Positions 47,360 through 56,527 of a stretch of DNA of 64,000 nt are shown in pieces (within the stretch, counting starts at the first letter, position 1; each line of letters begins with the position of its first letter). The notes under the pieces are model-generated. The model was not told the origin of the DNA. It did not search any database and saw nothing but the letters and a program-made list of their open reading frames with translations. The DNA is from Alphaproteobacteria bacterium (GTDB lineage: Bacteria; Pseudomonadota; Alphaproteobacteria; Bin95), in NCBI GenBank assembly GCA_965205265.1, contig CBDBGH010000003.1, forward strand, positions 1,440,001 through 1,504,000, read 5' to 3'. A program made the position numbers and the translations under genes.

Positions 47360-47551
47360 GTGCGCAAGGTACGGGAGGCAATACGCCTGATCGAACGAGA
47401 CGGTTGGCGGTTGGTTCGGACCCGAGGCAGCCACCGCCAGTACCGGCACCCTGTCAAGCCGGGTACCGTCACGATTGCCGGAAAGCCCAGCGACGACCTG
47501 CCGCCGGGTACATGGGCCAGTATCTTGAAGCAATCGGGCACGAAGGAGTGA
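47360..47551 (+). CDS. hicA: HicA family toxin
   Basis: KVRE.I.LIE.DGW...RTRGSHRQYRHP.KPG.VTI. Confidence 0.92.
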   Translation: MRKVREAIRLIERDGWRLVRTRGSHRQYRHPVKPGTVTIAGKPSDDLPPGTWASILKQSGTKE

Positions 47552-47559
47552 GAACCGGG

Positions 47560-47778
47560 ATGCGGTACACCATCGTCATCGAGAAGGCGCCGGCCAACTA
47601 TGCCGCCTTTGTCCCCGATTTGCCGGGCTGCGTTGCGACCGCACCCACGAGGCAAGAAGCGATAGTGGAAATACGCCAGGCGATTGCGTTCCATATACAG
47701 AGCCTGCGGGAACATGGGGAGCCGGTGCCCGAACCCCGCTGTACCGCGACAGTCGTTGATGTCGCGGCTGTCGCCTGA
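47560..47778 (+). CDS. hicB: HicB family antitoxin (short form)
   Basis: Y.IVIEK...NY.AFVPDLPGC.A...T..EA...I..AI..H...L.E.GEPVP. Confidence 0.92.
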   Translation: MRYTIVIEKAPANYAAFVPDLPGCVATAPTRQEAIVEIRQAIAFHIQSLREHGEPVPEPRCTATVVDVAAVA

Positions 47779-47820
47779 CCGCTCCAGACCCGCCCAGAGG
47801 ACATACATCCCGAGGAAGCC

Positions 47821-48249
47821 GTGGCCGGTTCGATACCCTATATCCGCACCGTCTCCGCCGTCGTCGTCATGCTGCTTCTGCCCGCTACGGCATTGCAGGC
47901 GGAAACGAAGTCCTGCCCGCCCGGTTTCGAGCGCTACGCAGAGTACCGGATGTTTTTCGGGCGCAGCAAGCCGGGGGTCGGGACGGTGTCCGACGGCGAA
48001 TGGAGGGACTTCCTCGCCGTCGAGGTCACGCCGCGCTTCCCGGACGGCCTGACCGTCGTCGATGCCGGCGGGCAGTGGCGCGACAGCAAGGGCGCCATCG
48101 GCCGCGAGGGAGCCAAACTGCTGATCGTGCTCGCTGAGCCTGGCCCCGACGCTGTGCGGCGCACGGAGGAGATTGCCGAAGCCTACAAGCGTGCCTTCGA
48201 CCAGCAATCCGTGCTGCGCACCGTCGAGACGGTTTGCGCCGCGTTTTAG
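47821..48249 (+). CDS. DUF3574 family protein
   Basis: FFGR......VSD.EW..FL..EVTPRFPDGLTV.DA.GQW, F.QQSVLR. Confidence 0.85.
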   Translation: MAGSIPYIRTVSAVVVMLLLPATALQAETKSCPPGFERYAEYRMFFGRSKPGVGTVSDGEWRDFLAVEVTPRFPDGLTVVDAGGQWRDSKGAIGREGAKLLIVLAEPGPDAVRRTEEIAEAYKRAFDQQSVLRTVETVCAAF

Positions 48250-48347
48250 AGGGCGGTTCGCTTCGGTCGGGCTGACGGTCGTCCGGGGAACGCCGTCCGT
48301 GTAGGGCTCCCGGCGGGGGCAGTGCAACCGAAGCCCTCGCGCCGCCG

Positions 48348-48416
48348 TGTCATGGAATGTCATGTTTGTCATGCGGGGCCGGCAGGACCTCGTGCGATGT
48401 GTCATGAGATGTCATG
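48348..48416 (-). repeat. Five CATGACA repeats (TGTCATG on the + strand)
   Basis: TGTCATG at 48348, 48358, 48367, 48400, 48410. Confidence 0.9.
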
Positions 48417-48788
48417 ATTTGCATGTGCGCGGCGCATATGCTGTGACCTGTTCGGGCATGGGGGTCGGATATTCTCTCCGGTTCCGGTAACTTCTTATCT
48501 TCGACATGGGGCCCTTCTCCCGACCGGTCTTCGTTCGGTTCTTCCCGCCGCCCGGCTGTCCGGAGCGGCGGGACCCTGATTCGCGCGTAATGTGCGCGGA
48601 CGCCTGTGCGCGCGGGGGCGTACGTTTCGCGGCGGCGCGAATCGCGCGCCTGATTGCCCGCGCCTGCCCGCGCGTGCGAGCCAGCGGCGGGACGCACTTC
48701 GCCCGTTGGCTGAATCAGGTTTTTTTCGCGCCGGCGCGAACGGCAAAACGAAGCGGACCCGCGGATGCCGCTTCCTTCCTCCTATCTC

Positions 48789-48816
48789 ATACTAGCACAA
48801 GAATTGAATTTGTCAA
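48789..48816 (-). promoter_or_regulatory. Putative sigma70 promoter
   Basis: Minus strand TTGACA-N16-TAGTAT with extended -10 TG, AT-rich upstream tract. Confidence 0.7.
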
Positions 48817-49002
48817 CGAATATGAACGAAATATTTCTGTATATTCATGAACAAAAATTCTTTCGATCCTGAGACAGCCTTCCAGAGCGCATTTCGGGGC
48901 AAACCCCAAAAAACGTCGCCCCGGACCGCAATCCGGGGCGATAATGTTTTCCTTTGGCTTCTCCCGATCCGCGAGACCGGGATTCCACTGCAGGGCGAGC
49001 GC

Positions 49003-50274
49003 CTAGAAGAAGACGTAGGAGCGGACGACGACGTTCTTGCGGCAGCGCGCATCGGCCGGCGCCGTCGGGTCGATGCAGGCCGAGTGGAACGACCAGCGCG
49101 ACACCGAGCCGTCCGTGACCGAGTCGTAGCATTTCAGCATCGACACTTCCGTCGAAGTCTGCCGCGGGAACCAGTACCACTCATGGTCCGGGCGGTAGGT
49201 GAAGCGCGTCGTCTCCCCGACCCGGTCGTCATAGATGCGGTAGTTGTTGATGTAGGGCTGGTCGGCGAAAGACGGCCAGGCGCAGAGCACGAACGGGAAC
49301 TGCTCCACCGTCTCCATCGGCTTGGCGAGATTGATCGACATGAACCGCCGCGACATCTTCGCGTCGGCCTCCGCCTCGGTGTAGTGCTGCGTGCGCCCGA
49401 AATTGCGCAGGTTCTTCGTCAGCAGCTCGCGGCAGCGCACCCGCCCGCTATTGTCGTTCAGGTCGTTGTGGACGAGATTGACATAGCGCGCGTTCACGCC
49501 GGGGTTCTTGGCGTCCTGGTCTTCCGTACGGTCGCCCTGGTAGTCCTTGTCGAACACATCGTGGTTATAGACCAGCGCGTCGGTGGCATCCGGGAAGAAC
49601 TCGAGCAGCAGCTTCTCGATTTCCGGGTAGAACACCCGCTCCACTTCCGCGGAGTCGTAGAAGTTCTCGCACTTGGACTCGAGGTGCGCCAGCGAGACGC
49701 CGAGCCTGTCCATGCATTCGGGGCTGCCGGGAGAGAGGCCGGGATAGTACTCCCCGATCCGGCGCGCGTCGCGCAGCACCTGCGGGAAATAAAGGCTGCG
49801 GTCCCTGAGCTCGTCTTCGGCCTTGCGCAGCAAATCCGCCTCGGCCTTGCGCGCCGGGTCGCGCCAGAGCGCATTGGACGGCACGATGGAGTAAGAGGGA
49901 TGCTCATAGACCGTGTAGCGCAAAGGAAGCGCCACGCCGCCCTCGGGGACTTCGAAATCGTTGGCGCGGATATAGTCCAGGCATTCCTCATATTCGCGGA
50001 AGCCCGGGCCCCACTTGGTCTCGATGGGTCCCGGAGGCGCACTGTTGAGCCGGTCCATCAACGCTTGGCTGTGCCCTTCGGCGATCTGCCGGAGCGCCGC
50101 CTCGATCGCCGCGGCGGTCCCGGCATCGCCATCCTTGTCGAACGACATGTAGGAGAGGCCGCCGTTTGCCGCGACGGGCGGCGGTTGTCCCTCCGTCAAC
50201 TGGAGCGGCGGCACATAGGCCGGCGACTCCGCACCCGCCTCAACCCGGTTCCCGATGGCTTGCTGCCCGTCCAT
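49003..50274 (-). CDS. CmcJ/NvfI/AsaB-like putative Fe(II)/2OG oxidoreductase with N-terminal extension
   Basis: RBS GGAGG; V..VFYPEIE, VHNDL (HxD), INLAKP, H.WYWFP.Q...EV...KCYDS, FHSA..DP.AP.DA..R...VR. Confidence 0.72.
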   Translation of the reverse strand: MDGQQAIGNRVEAGAESPAYVPPLQLTEGQPPPVAANGGLSYMSFDKDGDAGTAAAIEAALRQIAEGHSQALMDRLNSAPPGPIETKWGPGFREYEECLDYIRANDFEVPEGGVALPLRYTVYEHPSYSIVPSNALWRDPARKAEADLLRKAEDELRDRSLYFPQVLRDARRIGEYYPGLSPGSPECMDRLGVSLAHLESKCENFYDSAEVERVFYPEIEKLLLEFFPDATDALVYNHDVFDKDYQGDRTEDQDAKNPGVNARYVNLVHNDLNDNSGRVRCRELLTKNLRNFGRTQHYTEAEADAKMSRRFMSINLAKPMETVEQFPFVLCAWPSFADQPYINNYRIYDDRVGETTRFTYRPDHEWYWFPRQTSTEVSMLKCYDSVTDGSVSRWSFHSACIDPTAPADARCRKNVVVRSYVFF

Positions 50275-50423
50275 TACTCGTCCTCCTACTGGATAATTCC
50301 TATTATGAAGGAAGGGACTCCCGTTTTCCAAGGCTCCCGCCCTCGCACAGCATTTGTGTCACCGATGCACAAATGCCTGCGTTGCCCGGACGACTTCATA
50401 TCGCAGCACACAGGAAACATCGC

Positions 50424-51122
50424 ATGACTCATCCGGTTGTCTCGCGCGAAGCATGGCTCGATGCCCGCAAGGCGCTTCTCGAACGGGAAAAGGCACTGAC
50501 CCGCGAACGCGATGCGCTGGCGGCTGCCAGAAGAGCGTTGCCCTGGGTGGAAGTGACGGAGGACTACCGCTTCGACAGCGAAACCGGCGAGACCGGCCTC
50601 GCCGACCTGTTCGGCGAAAGGGGCCAGCTCGTCGTCTCGCATTTCATGTTCGGGCCGGGCTGGGAGGCGGGCTGCCCGAGCTGTTCCTTCTGGGCCGACG
50701 GCTACGATCCGATGGTCGTTCATCTGGCGGCCCGGGACGTTGCCTTCGTCGCCGTGTCGCGCGCGCCGCTCGCCTCGCTCCTTGCCTATCGAGGCCGCAT
50801 GGGCTGGCGCTTCCCGTGGGTTTCCTCGCTGCACAGCGCATTCAACCGGGATTTCGGCGTTTCCTTCGACGAGGAGGCCCTCGCGGCGGGGCCGGTCATG
50901 TACAACTACCGCGAAACCGCCATGCGCGGCAGCGAAGCGCCCGGACTCAGCGTGTTCTGCAAGGATGCGGCCGGGCGCATCTTTCACACCTACTTCTGCT
51001 ATTCGCGCGGGCTGGACCCGATGAATGCCGCCTACCAGCTTCTCGACATCGTGCCGAAGGGCCGCGACGAGCAGGACCTGCCGTTCCCGATGACTTGGGT
51101 GCGCCGCCGCGACGAATATTGA
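50424..51122 (+). CDS. DUF899 thioredoxin-like protein
   Basis: VVSREAWL.AR..LL.REK, RR.LPW, HFMFGP, GCPSCS, VSRAP, F.W.SS, WVRR.DEY. Confidence 0.92.
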   Translation: MTHPVVSREAWLDARKALLEREKALTRERDALAAARRALPWVEVTEDYRFDSETGETGLADLFGERGQLVVSHFMFGPGWEAGCPSCSFWADGYDPMVVHLAARDVAFVAVSRAPLASLLAYRGRMGWRFPWVSSLHSAFNRDFGVSFDEEALAAGPVMYNYRETAMRGSEAPGLSVFCKDAAGRIFHTYFCYSRGLDPMNAAYQLLDIVPKGRDEQDLPFPMTWVRRRDEY

Positions 51123-51141
51123 ACCGTTGCCGGCGGCACCC

Positions 51142-52110
51142 TCACGCCATAGCGGCGAGGCGGTATTTCATCCGCTCGGTCGCGGCGACGAGGGCCGCGC
51201 GGATGCCGAACTCCATCGCGGAATGGCCGGCTTCCGGCACCGGCACATATTCGGCAGCCGGCCAGGCGCGCGCCAGCTCGTCCGCGGTCGCAATCGGGCA
51301 GACGACATCGTAGCGGCCCTGGACGATGGCCGCCGGCAAGCCTTCGATGCGGTGGAGGTCGTTGAGGAGCTGGCCGTCCCGGAGGAACAGGCCGTTCATG
51401 AAGTAATGCGCTTCCAGACGCGCAAGGCCGAGGGCGGCGCGGTCCCCGGCTACCGCGACCGTGTCGGCAGGGCCGGGCCGGAGCGCCGAACAGGCGCTCT
51501 CATAGCGAGACCAGGCGCGCGCGGCCGGCAGGTGGACGCGGGGGTCCGGGTCCGTCAGCCGGCGGTGATAGGCGGCCAGCAGGCCGGCGCCGCGCTCCTC
51601 CCTCGGAATCGGCGCGACAAACGCCCGGTGCGCCTCCGGGAAGAAAGTGCCCATGCCGTGCAGGAACCAGTCGATTTCCGCCCGCCGTCCGAGAAACACG
51701 CCGCGCAGCACGAAGCCGAGGCAGTTTTCGGGGTGCGCCTGCCCGTAGGCGAGCGCGAGCGTGCTGCCCCAGGAGCCGCCGAAGACCAGCCACCGATCCA
51801 CCGACAGATGCCGGCGCAGCGTTTCGATGTCGCGGATGAGGTGCTGTGTCGTGTTGGCGTGGGTCTCGGTGCCCGGCGTGGAACGGCCGGCGCCGCGCTG
51901 GTCGAACAGGAGAATCCGGTAGGCCGCAGGATCGAAGAAGCGCCGATAGGCCGGCGTGCAGCCGGCTCCGGGGCCTCCATGCAGGAACAGCACCGGCAGG
52001 CCGTCGGGGCTGCCGGCCTCCTCCCAATACATGACATGGCCGCCGTCCAGGGGCAGCATGCCGCTCTCAGCCGCTTCTATCGCCGGGAATAGATCTGTCC
52101 GCCCGCCCAT
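51142..52110 (-). CDS. pip: Proline iminopeptidase
   Basis: LHGGPG, DQRG.GRS, GGSWGSTL, LRG.FL, GRYDVVCP, AGH. Confidence 0.96.
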   Translation of the reverse strand: MGGRTDLFPAIEAAESGMLPLDGGHVMYWEEAGSPDGLPVLFLHGGPGAGCTPAYRRFFDPAAYRILLFDQRGAGRSTPGTETHANTTQHLIRDIETLRRHLSVDRWLVFGGSWGSTLALAYGQAHPENCLGFVLRGVFLGRRAEIDWFLHGMGTFFPEAHRAFVAPIPREERGAGLLAAYHRRLTDPDPRVHLPAARAWSRYESACSALRPGPADTVAVAGDRAALGLARLEAHYFMNGLFLRDGQLLNDLHRIEGLPAAIVQGRYDVVCPIATADELARAWPAAEYVPVPEAGHSAMEFGIRAALVAATERMKYRLAAMA

Positions 52111-52153
52111 CCCCAGAACCTTAGCGACCGCCTTGCAAGGCTTCCAGACGCCC

Positions 52154-52798
52154 ATGCTGCGCCATTTGCCCGCCCTGCTGCTCATATTGCTTGCCGGCCC
52201 CGCCTTTGGGGATGCAGGCAAGCTGAAACCTGCCGATGTGCGGCTGCTGGAAGGCGGCGAAGCGTTCGTTGCCGCCTTTCTGGCCCGGCCCGACCTCCGC
52301 TACGAGCCGGAGCCGGCCCGCCTCGACCGGCACGGCCGGCGCCTCGCGCATGTGTTCTCGGGATCGCTCTGGCTGCAGCGGGAGCTGGTCGCGCGCGGCC
52401 TCGCCGCGGTGGCACCGCCGCTCGTCTCGCGCGACCGTGCGCTTGCCCTGCTTCGGCTGGAACGCCGGGCGCGCCTTTCCGAACCCGGCCTCTGGGCGGT
52501 GCGGCCGGAAGCGAAGCCCGTTCCTGCCGAGCGCGCGCGAACCGTTCTCGACCGCTTCGCCATAGTGGAGGGGCGCGTTCTGTCGGTTGCGCGCGGCTTC
52601 CGCAGCAATTTCGTCAATTTCGGCGACGACTGGCGCGAAGATTTCACCATTTACCTGAAGCGCGGGCGCATCTCGCGCGCCTTCCCGCCGGCATTGCTGG
52701 ACGGGCAGCGCGTCCGCGTTCGCGGCTGGGTGTTCTACAGCAACGGCCCCGCCATAGACCTCGCCGACCCGCTCTATCTGGAAGTGCTGGGCCGTTAG
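52154..52798 (+). CDS. Thermonuclease (SNase)-like secreted protein with C-terminal OB-fold, N-terminally reduced
   Basis: DRHGRRLAHV, WLQ..LV..GLA, E..AR....GLW, NFGDDWREDFT, VRVRGW. Confidence 0.72.
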   Translation: MLRHLPALLLILLAGPAFGDAGKLKPADVRLLEGGEAFVAAFLARPDLRYEPEPARLDRHGRRLAHVFSGSLWLQRELVARGLAAVAPPLVSRDRALALLRLERRARLSEPGLWAVRPEAKPVPAERARTVLDRFAIVEGRVLSVARGFRSNFVNFGDDWREDFTIYLKRGRISRAFPPALLDGQRVRVRGWVFYSNGPAIDLADPLYLEVLGR

Positions 52799-52806
52799 AG
52801 CGGCGG

Positions 52807-54321
52807 TCAACCCGCCAGCCCCTGGCGGTAGCTCAGCGCCTCCGCGATATGCAGCCGGCCTACCCGGGCGCTCGCGTCCATGTCCGCCAGCGTCCGCGCC
52901 ACGCGGAGCACGCGGTGGTAGCCGCGCGCCGAGAGCCTGAGCCGCTCCGTCGCGCTTTGCAGGAGGGACGCGCCCGCCTCGTCCGGGGCCGCCGCCTCGG
53001 CGAGCCGCGCGCCGTCGATGTCCCCATTGAGCGCAGGCTCCCCATAGCGCGCCGTCTGCCTTTTGCGCGCCTCTTCGACGCGGGCCGCGACATGGCGGCT
53101 GCTCTCTGCCGGCGGCGGCAGCGCCAGGTCCGCAGCCGCGACGCGCGGCACGTCCACGAAGAGGTCGAAACGGTCCAGCAGCGGGCCGGAAAGACGGCGG
53201 CGATAGTCCGCCGCGCAGCGCGGCGCGCGGTTGCAGGCGCGGTCCGGCTCGTCGATATGGCCGCAGCGGCAGGGGTTCATCGCCGCCACAAGCTGGAAGC
53301 GGGCCGGATATACGACATGCCGGTTGGCGCGCGCGATCGACACCCTGCCGACCTCCAGCGGCTGCCTGAGCGCCTCCAGCGCGGGCCGGACGAATTCGGG
53401 CAGTTCGTCCAGGAACAGCACGCCGCGATGCGCCAGCGAAATCTCGCCCGGCGCGGCGCGTTGCCCGCCGCCGACCAGCGCGGTCATCGACGAGGAATGG
53501 TGCGGATCGCGGAAGGGTCGCCGGCGTGGTATCCGCCCGGCTTCCAGAGCGCCGGCGGCGCTGTGAATCCGCGATACCTCCAGCGCCTCGGCCGGTTGGA
53601 GCGGAGGCAGCACGCCCGGCAGGCGGGCCGCCAGCATCGACTTGCCGGCGCCCGGCGGCCCCGAAAAGAGCAGGTTGTGGCCGCCGGCCGCCGCGATCTC
53701 CAGCGCCCGCTTGGCGGTCTCCTGCCCCTTGATGTCGTGGAGGTCGAGCGTGTCCGCCTCCGGGGCGATTTCGCCGGGCTCGGGCGGCGCCAGCACCTGC
53801 CGGCCGCGGAAATGATTGAGCAATGCGAGCAGCGTCTTCGGCGCCAGGACCTCGAGATCGCCCGCCCAGGCGGCTTCCGGACCGTTGCCGGCGGGGCAGA
53901 TCAGGCCGCGGCGCGACCCCACCGCCGACATGGCGGCCGACAGAACGCCCGCAACTTCCGTCAGCGCGCCGTCGAGGCCGAGTTCGCCGAGCGCAATGCG
54001 GCCCGCGATATCCTCGACCTGCACGGCTCCCATCGCCGCCAACAGTCCGAGCGCGATGGGCAGGTCGAAATGGCTGCCTTCCTTCTGGAGGTCGGCCGGG
54101 GCGAGATTGACGGTGATGCGCTCCGCCGGCAGCCCGAGGCCGATGGCGGCGAGCGCCGCCCGCACCCGCTCGCGGCTTTCCGCGACCGCCTTGTCCGGCA
54201 GGCCGACGACGTTGAACGCGGCGAGCCCGCTGCCGAGATGCACCTGGACATCGACCTCGCGCACCTCGATGCCGTCGAAGGCGACCGTCGCGACATGCGC
54301 GACCGCCGGGCGGCCGCTCAC
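52807..54321 (-). CDS. comM: YifB/ComM Mg-chelatase-like AAA+ ATPase
   Basis: [59 protein letters not shown]. Confidence 0.92.
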   Translation of the reverse strand: MSGRPAVAHVATVAFDGIEVREVDVQVHLGSGLAAFNVVGLPDKAVAESRERVRAALAAIGLGLPAERITVNLAPADLQKEGSHFDLPIALGLLAAMGAVQVEDIAGRIALGELGLDGALTEVAGVLSAAMSAVGSRRGLICPAGNGPEAAWAGDLEVLAPKTLLALLNHFRGRQVLAPPEPGEIAPEADTLDLHDIKGQETAKRALEIAAAGGHNLLFSGPPGAGKSMLAARLPGVLPPLQPAEALEVSRIHSAAGALEAGRIPRRRPFRDPHHSSSMTALVGGGQRAAPGEISLAHRGVLFLDELPEFVRPALEALRQPLEVGRVSIARANRHVVYPARFQLVAAMNPCRCGHIDEPDRACNRAPRCAADYRRRLSGPLLDRFDLFVDVPRVAAADLALPPPAESSRHVAARVEEARKRQTARYGEPALNGDIDGARLAEAAAPDEAGASLLQSATERLRLSARGYHRVLRVARTLADMDASARVGRLHIAEALSYRQGLAG

Positions 54322-55286
54322 CGCGCCGGCCCCGCGCCGCCCTGCCCCGCAAGGCGCCCCTCGATCGCGTCCCAGATGAGCGCGGCAATCCGCACGCCGT
54401 CGAAGCGCTCGATTTCCTGGATGCCGGTCGGCGAGGTGACATTGATCTCGGTGAGCCAGCCGCCGATGACATCGATGCCAACGAAGGTGAGCCCTCGTTC
54501 CCGCAGGGCCGGGCCGATGATCTCGCAGATCTCGGTCTCGCGCGGCGTCAGGGCGCTCTGCACCGGCCTGCCGCCGACATGCATGTTGGCGCGGGACTCG
54601 CCCGCTGCCGGAATGCGGTTGATGGCGCCGACGGCCTCGCCCTCGACAAGGATGATGCGCTTGTCGCCTTCGCGCACTTCCGGCAGGTAGCGCTGCGCGA
54701 TGACGGGGTCCCGCGAAGACGTCAGGAACATCTCCAGCAGCGCATTCAGGTTCTCGTCGTCCTCGCGCAGGTGGAACACGCCGGCGCCGCCGTTTCCGAA
54801 CAGCGGCTTCAGGATGATGTCGCGGTGTTCCTCGCGGAAGGCCGCGATCTCGGCCTCGTCACGGCTAATCATGGTCGGCGGCATCACACCTTCGAAATGG
54901 GTGACGAACAGCTTCTCGGGCGCGTTGCGCACGGAAGCCGGGTCGTTCACCACCAGCGTCCCGGGGTGGATGTGCTCCAGCAGATGGGTCGCGGTGATAT
55001 AGGACATGTCGAAGGGCGGGTCCTGGCGCATCATCACGACATCGACGCCTGCCAGGTCCACCGTCTCCGGCGCGCCCAGCGTGGCGTGGCGGCCCTTCTC
55101 GCGCCGGAGCGTCATCGGCCGGCCGCGCGCCGTCAGGCGCCCGTCCCGGAAGACGAGCGCATCCGGCAGGTAGTGGAACAGCGAGTAGCCGCGCGCCTGG
55201 GCCTCCAGGCAGAGCGCAAAGGTGCTGTCGGCGTCGATATCGACACTCTCGATAGGGTCCATCTGGACGGCGATGGCGAGGCTCAT
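54318..55286 (-). CDS. gshB: Glutathione synthetase
   Basis: [39 protein letters not shown]. Confidence 0.98.
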   Translation of the reverse strand: MSLAIAVQMDPIESVDIDADSTFALCLEAQARGYSLFHYLPDALVFRDGRLTARGRPMTLRREKGRHATLGAPETVDLAGVDVVMMRQDPPFDMSYITATHLLEHIHPGTLVVNDPASVRNAPEKLFVTHFEGVMPPTMISRDEAEIAAFREEHRDIILKPLFGNGGAGVFHLREDDENLNALLEMFLTSSRDPVIAQRYLPEVREGDKRIILVEGEAVGAINRIPAAGESRANMHVGGRPVQSALTPRETEICEIIGPALRERGLTFVGIDVIGGWLTEINVTSPTGIQEIERFDGVRIAALIWDAIEGRLAGQGGAGPAR

Positions 55287-55373
55287 GGGGCAGGAATCCG
55301 GTCGGGATATGCGGAACGCCCGCGCATCATATCGCGCCCCATTCCGCCGCGCACGGGGTTGCGCGCCGCCCCT

Positions 55374-56153
55374 TCAATTGAGGCGGGCGCGGAAGCGCTG
55401 GATCAGGGTTGCGGCTTCGAGGCGGGCCCCGTCGGCGGGCTCCATCGCGATGTAGCGCTCCAGGCTTTCGACCGCGCCCTTGAAGCGGCCGAGCGCGGCT
55501 TCCAGCATTGCCCGCTCGCGCACCAGCTCCGCGAGGTCGGGCGCAATCCAGGTCATGCGCTCGAGCACGGCGAGCGCAGCCTCGAATTGCCGGCGGCGCG
55601 CGAGGCGCAGGCGGATATTGTTCTGCAGCCTCAGCAGCACGCTGCGGTCCGCGGCCGTGCGGAAATGCGCCGTTTCGAGCTCCGCCGAGGCGCCGTAGGC
55701 CGCCTTTAGCAGCTGCCGCAAGGCGGGCGGGTCTCGCACGGCGCCGCGTTCGAACGGGTCGACGATCTCCGTCCTGTCCACCCGGATGAGGAAATGGCCG
55801 GGAAAGTCGAGGCCCTCGACATGCGCACCGAGACGCCGCCCGACCGCCATATAGAGGATGCCGAGCGCGACCGGCAGGCCCCTGCGACGGTCGATCACCC
55901 GCAGGAGATTGGCGTTCTGCAGGTCGTCATAGGTCGCCCGGTCGCCCGTATAGCCGAAGGCACAGCCGAGCGTGTCGGCAAGACGGTCCGGGCTTCCGGC
56001 CGCCTCCGCCAGTTCGTCGAAATGCGCGCGGTAGCGGTCCAGCGGCACGCCCGGCCGGTCGAACGAGCCGAGCAGCAGGGCCGCTTCGCCGATGTCGAAC
56101 GGCTCTTCGCCGCATTCGCCGATCCGGCGGAGTTCGGCTTCCGCCGGGGTCAT
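55374..56153 (-). CDS. SirB1/transglutaminase-like protein with TPR
   Basis: GD..TYDD.QN, VIDRRRGLPVALGILY, FPGHFL. Confidence 0.88.
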   Translation of the reverse strand: MTPAEAELRRIGECGEEPFDIGEAALLLGSFDRPGVPLDRYRAHFDELAEAAGSPDRLADTLGCAFGYTGDRATYDDLQNANLLRVIDRRRGLPVALGILYMAVGRRLGAHVEGLDFPGHFLIRVDRTEIVDPFERGAVRDPPALRQLLKAAYGASAELETAHFRTAADRSVLLRLQNNIRLRLARRRQFEAALAVLERMTWIAPDLAELVRERAMLEAALGRFKGAVESLERYIAMEPADGARLEAATLIQRFRARLN

Positions 56154-56527
56154 GCGACCCGCCTTGCGCGGCTGTCCCCGTCCCGCCAGGCGTCGGGGAT
56201 CACGATGGGCAACCGCCCCGGCACCACGGCAATGACATCGAAGCGCACGGGCCAGTCGCGATAGCGGGGATTGGCCGCAAGAAAATGCCGCGCCGCCATT
56301 GCGATGCGGTCACGCTGGCGCTGGGGCACTGCCTGCCGCGCCAGCGCCTCGGTCGGGCGCGCCTTGACCTCGACCATGACCAACCGCCGGCCGCGCCGCG
56401 CGACCAGGTCGACCTCGCCGACCGGAGTCCGGTAGCGGCGCGCCAGAACGCGGTAGCCCGCGAGGCGCAGCCGCCAGGCGGCAACGCGCTCGGCCCGGCG
56501 GCCGCGGCTGTCACCCGTCGCGGGCAA
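56150..56527 (-). CDS. yraN: YraN family endonuclease (UPF0102)
   Basis: G..AE..AA..L...GY.VLAR, GEVDLVA, VEVKAR, RFDVI; TTG start inferred. Confidence 0.9.
   Translation of the reverse strand: MPATGDSRGRRAERVAAWRLRLAGYRVLARRYRTPVGEVDLVARRGRRLVMVEVKARPTEALARQAVPQRQRDRIAMAARHFLAANPRYRDWPVRFDVIAVVPGRLPIVIPDAWRDGDSRARRVA

Larger units (their letters stand above)
48310..48860 (-). other. Dispersed TerS-associated element, internally deleted copy
   Basis: Reverse complement matches the 34.68-34.95 kb leader (39/41-nt core) and the 35.90-35.96 kb CATGACA end; encodes only a 31-codon ORF (48507..48412). Confidence 0.75.

Noticed and set aside
48249-48310. Possible GTAG-type REP remnants (AGGGCGGTTCGC; GTAGGG)
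   Set aside because: Too degenerate to pair into a convincing palindrome.
48348-48416. CATGACA arrays as a CRISPR array
   Set aside because: Units are 7 bp with mostly 2-3 bp spacers; no cas genes.
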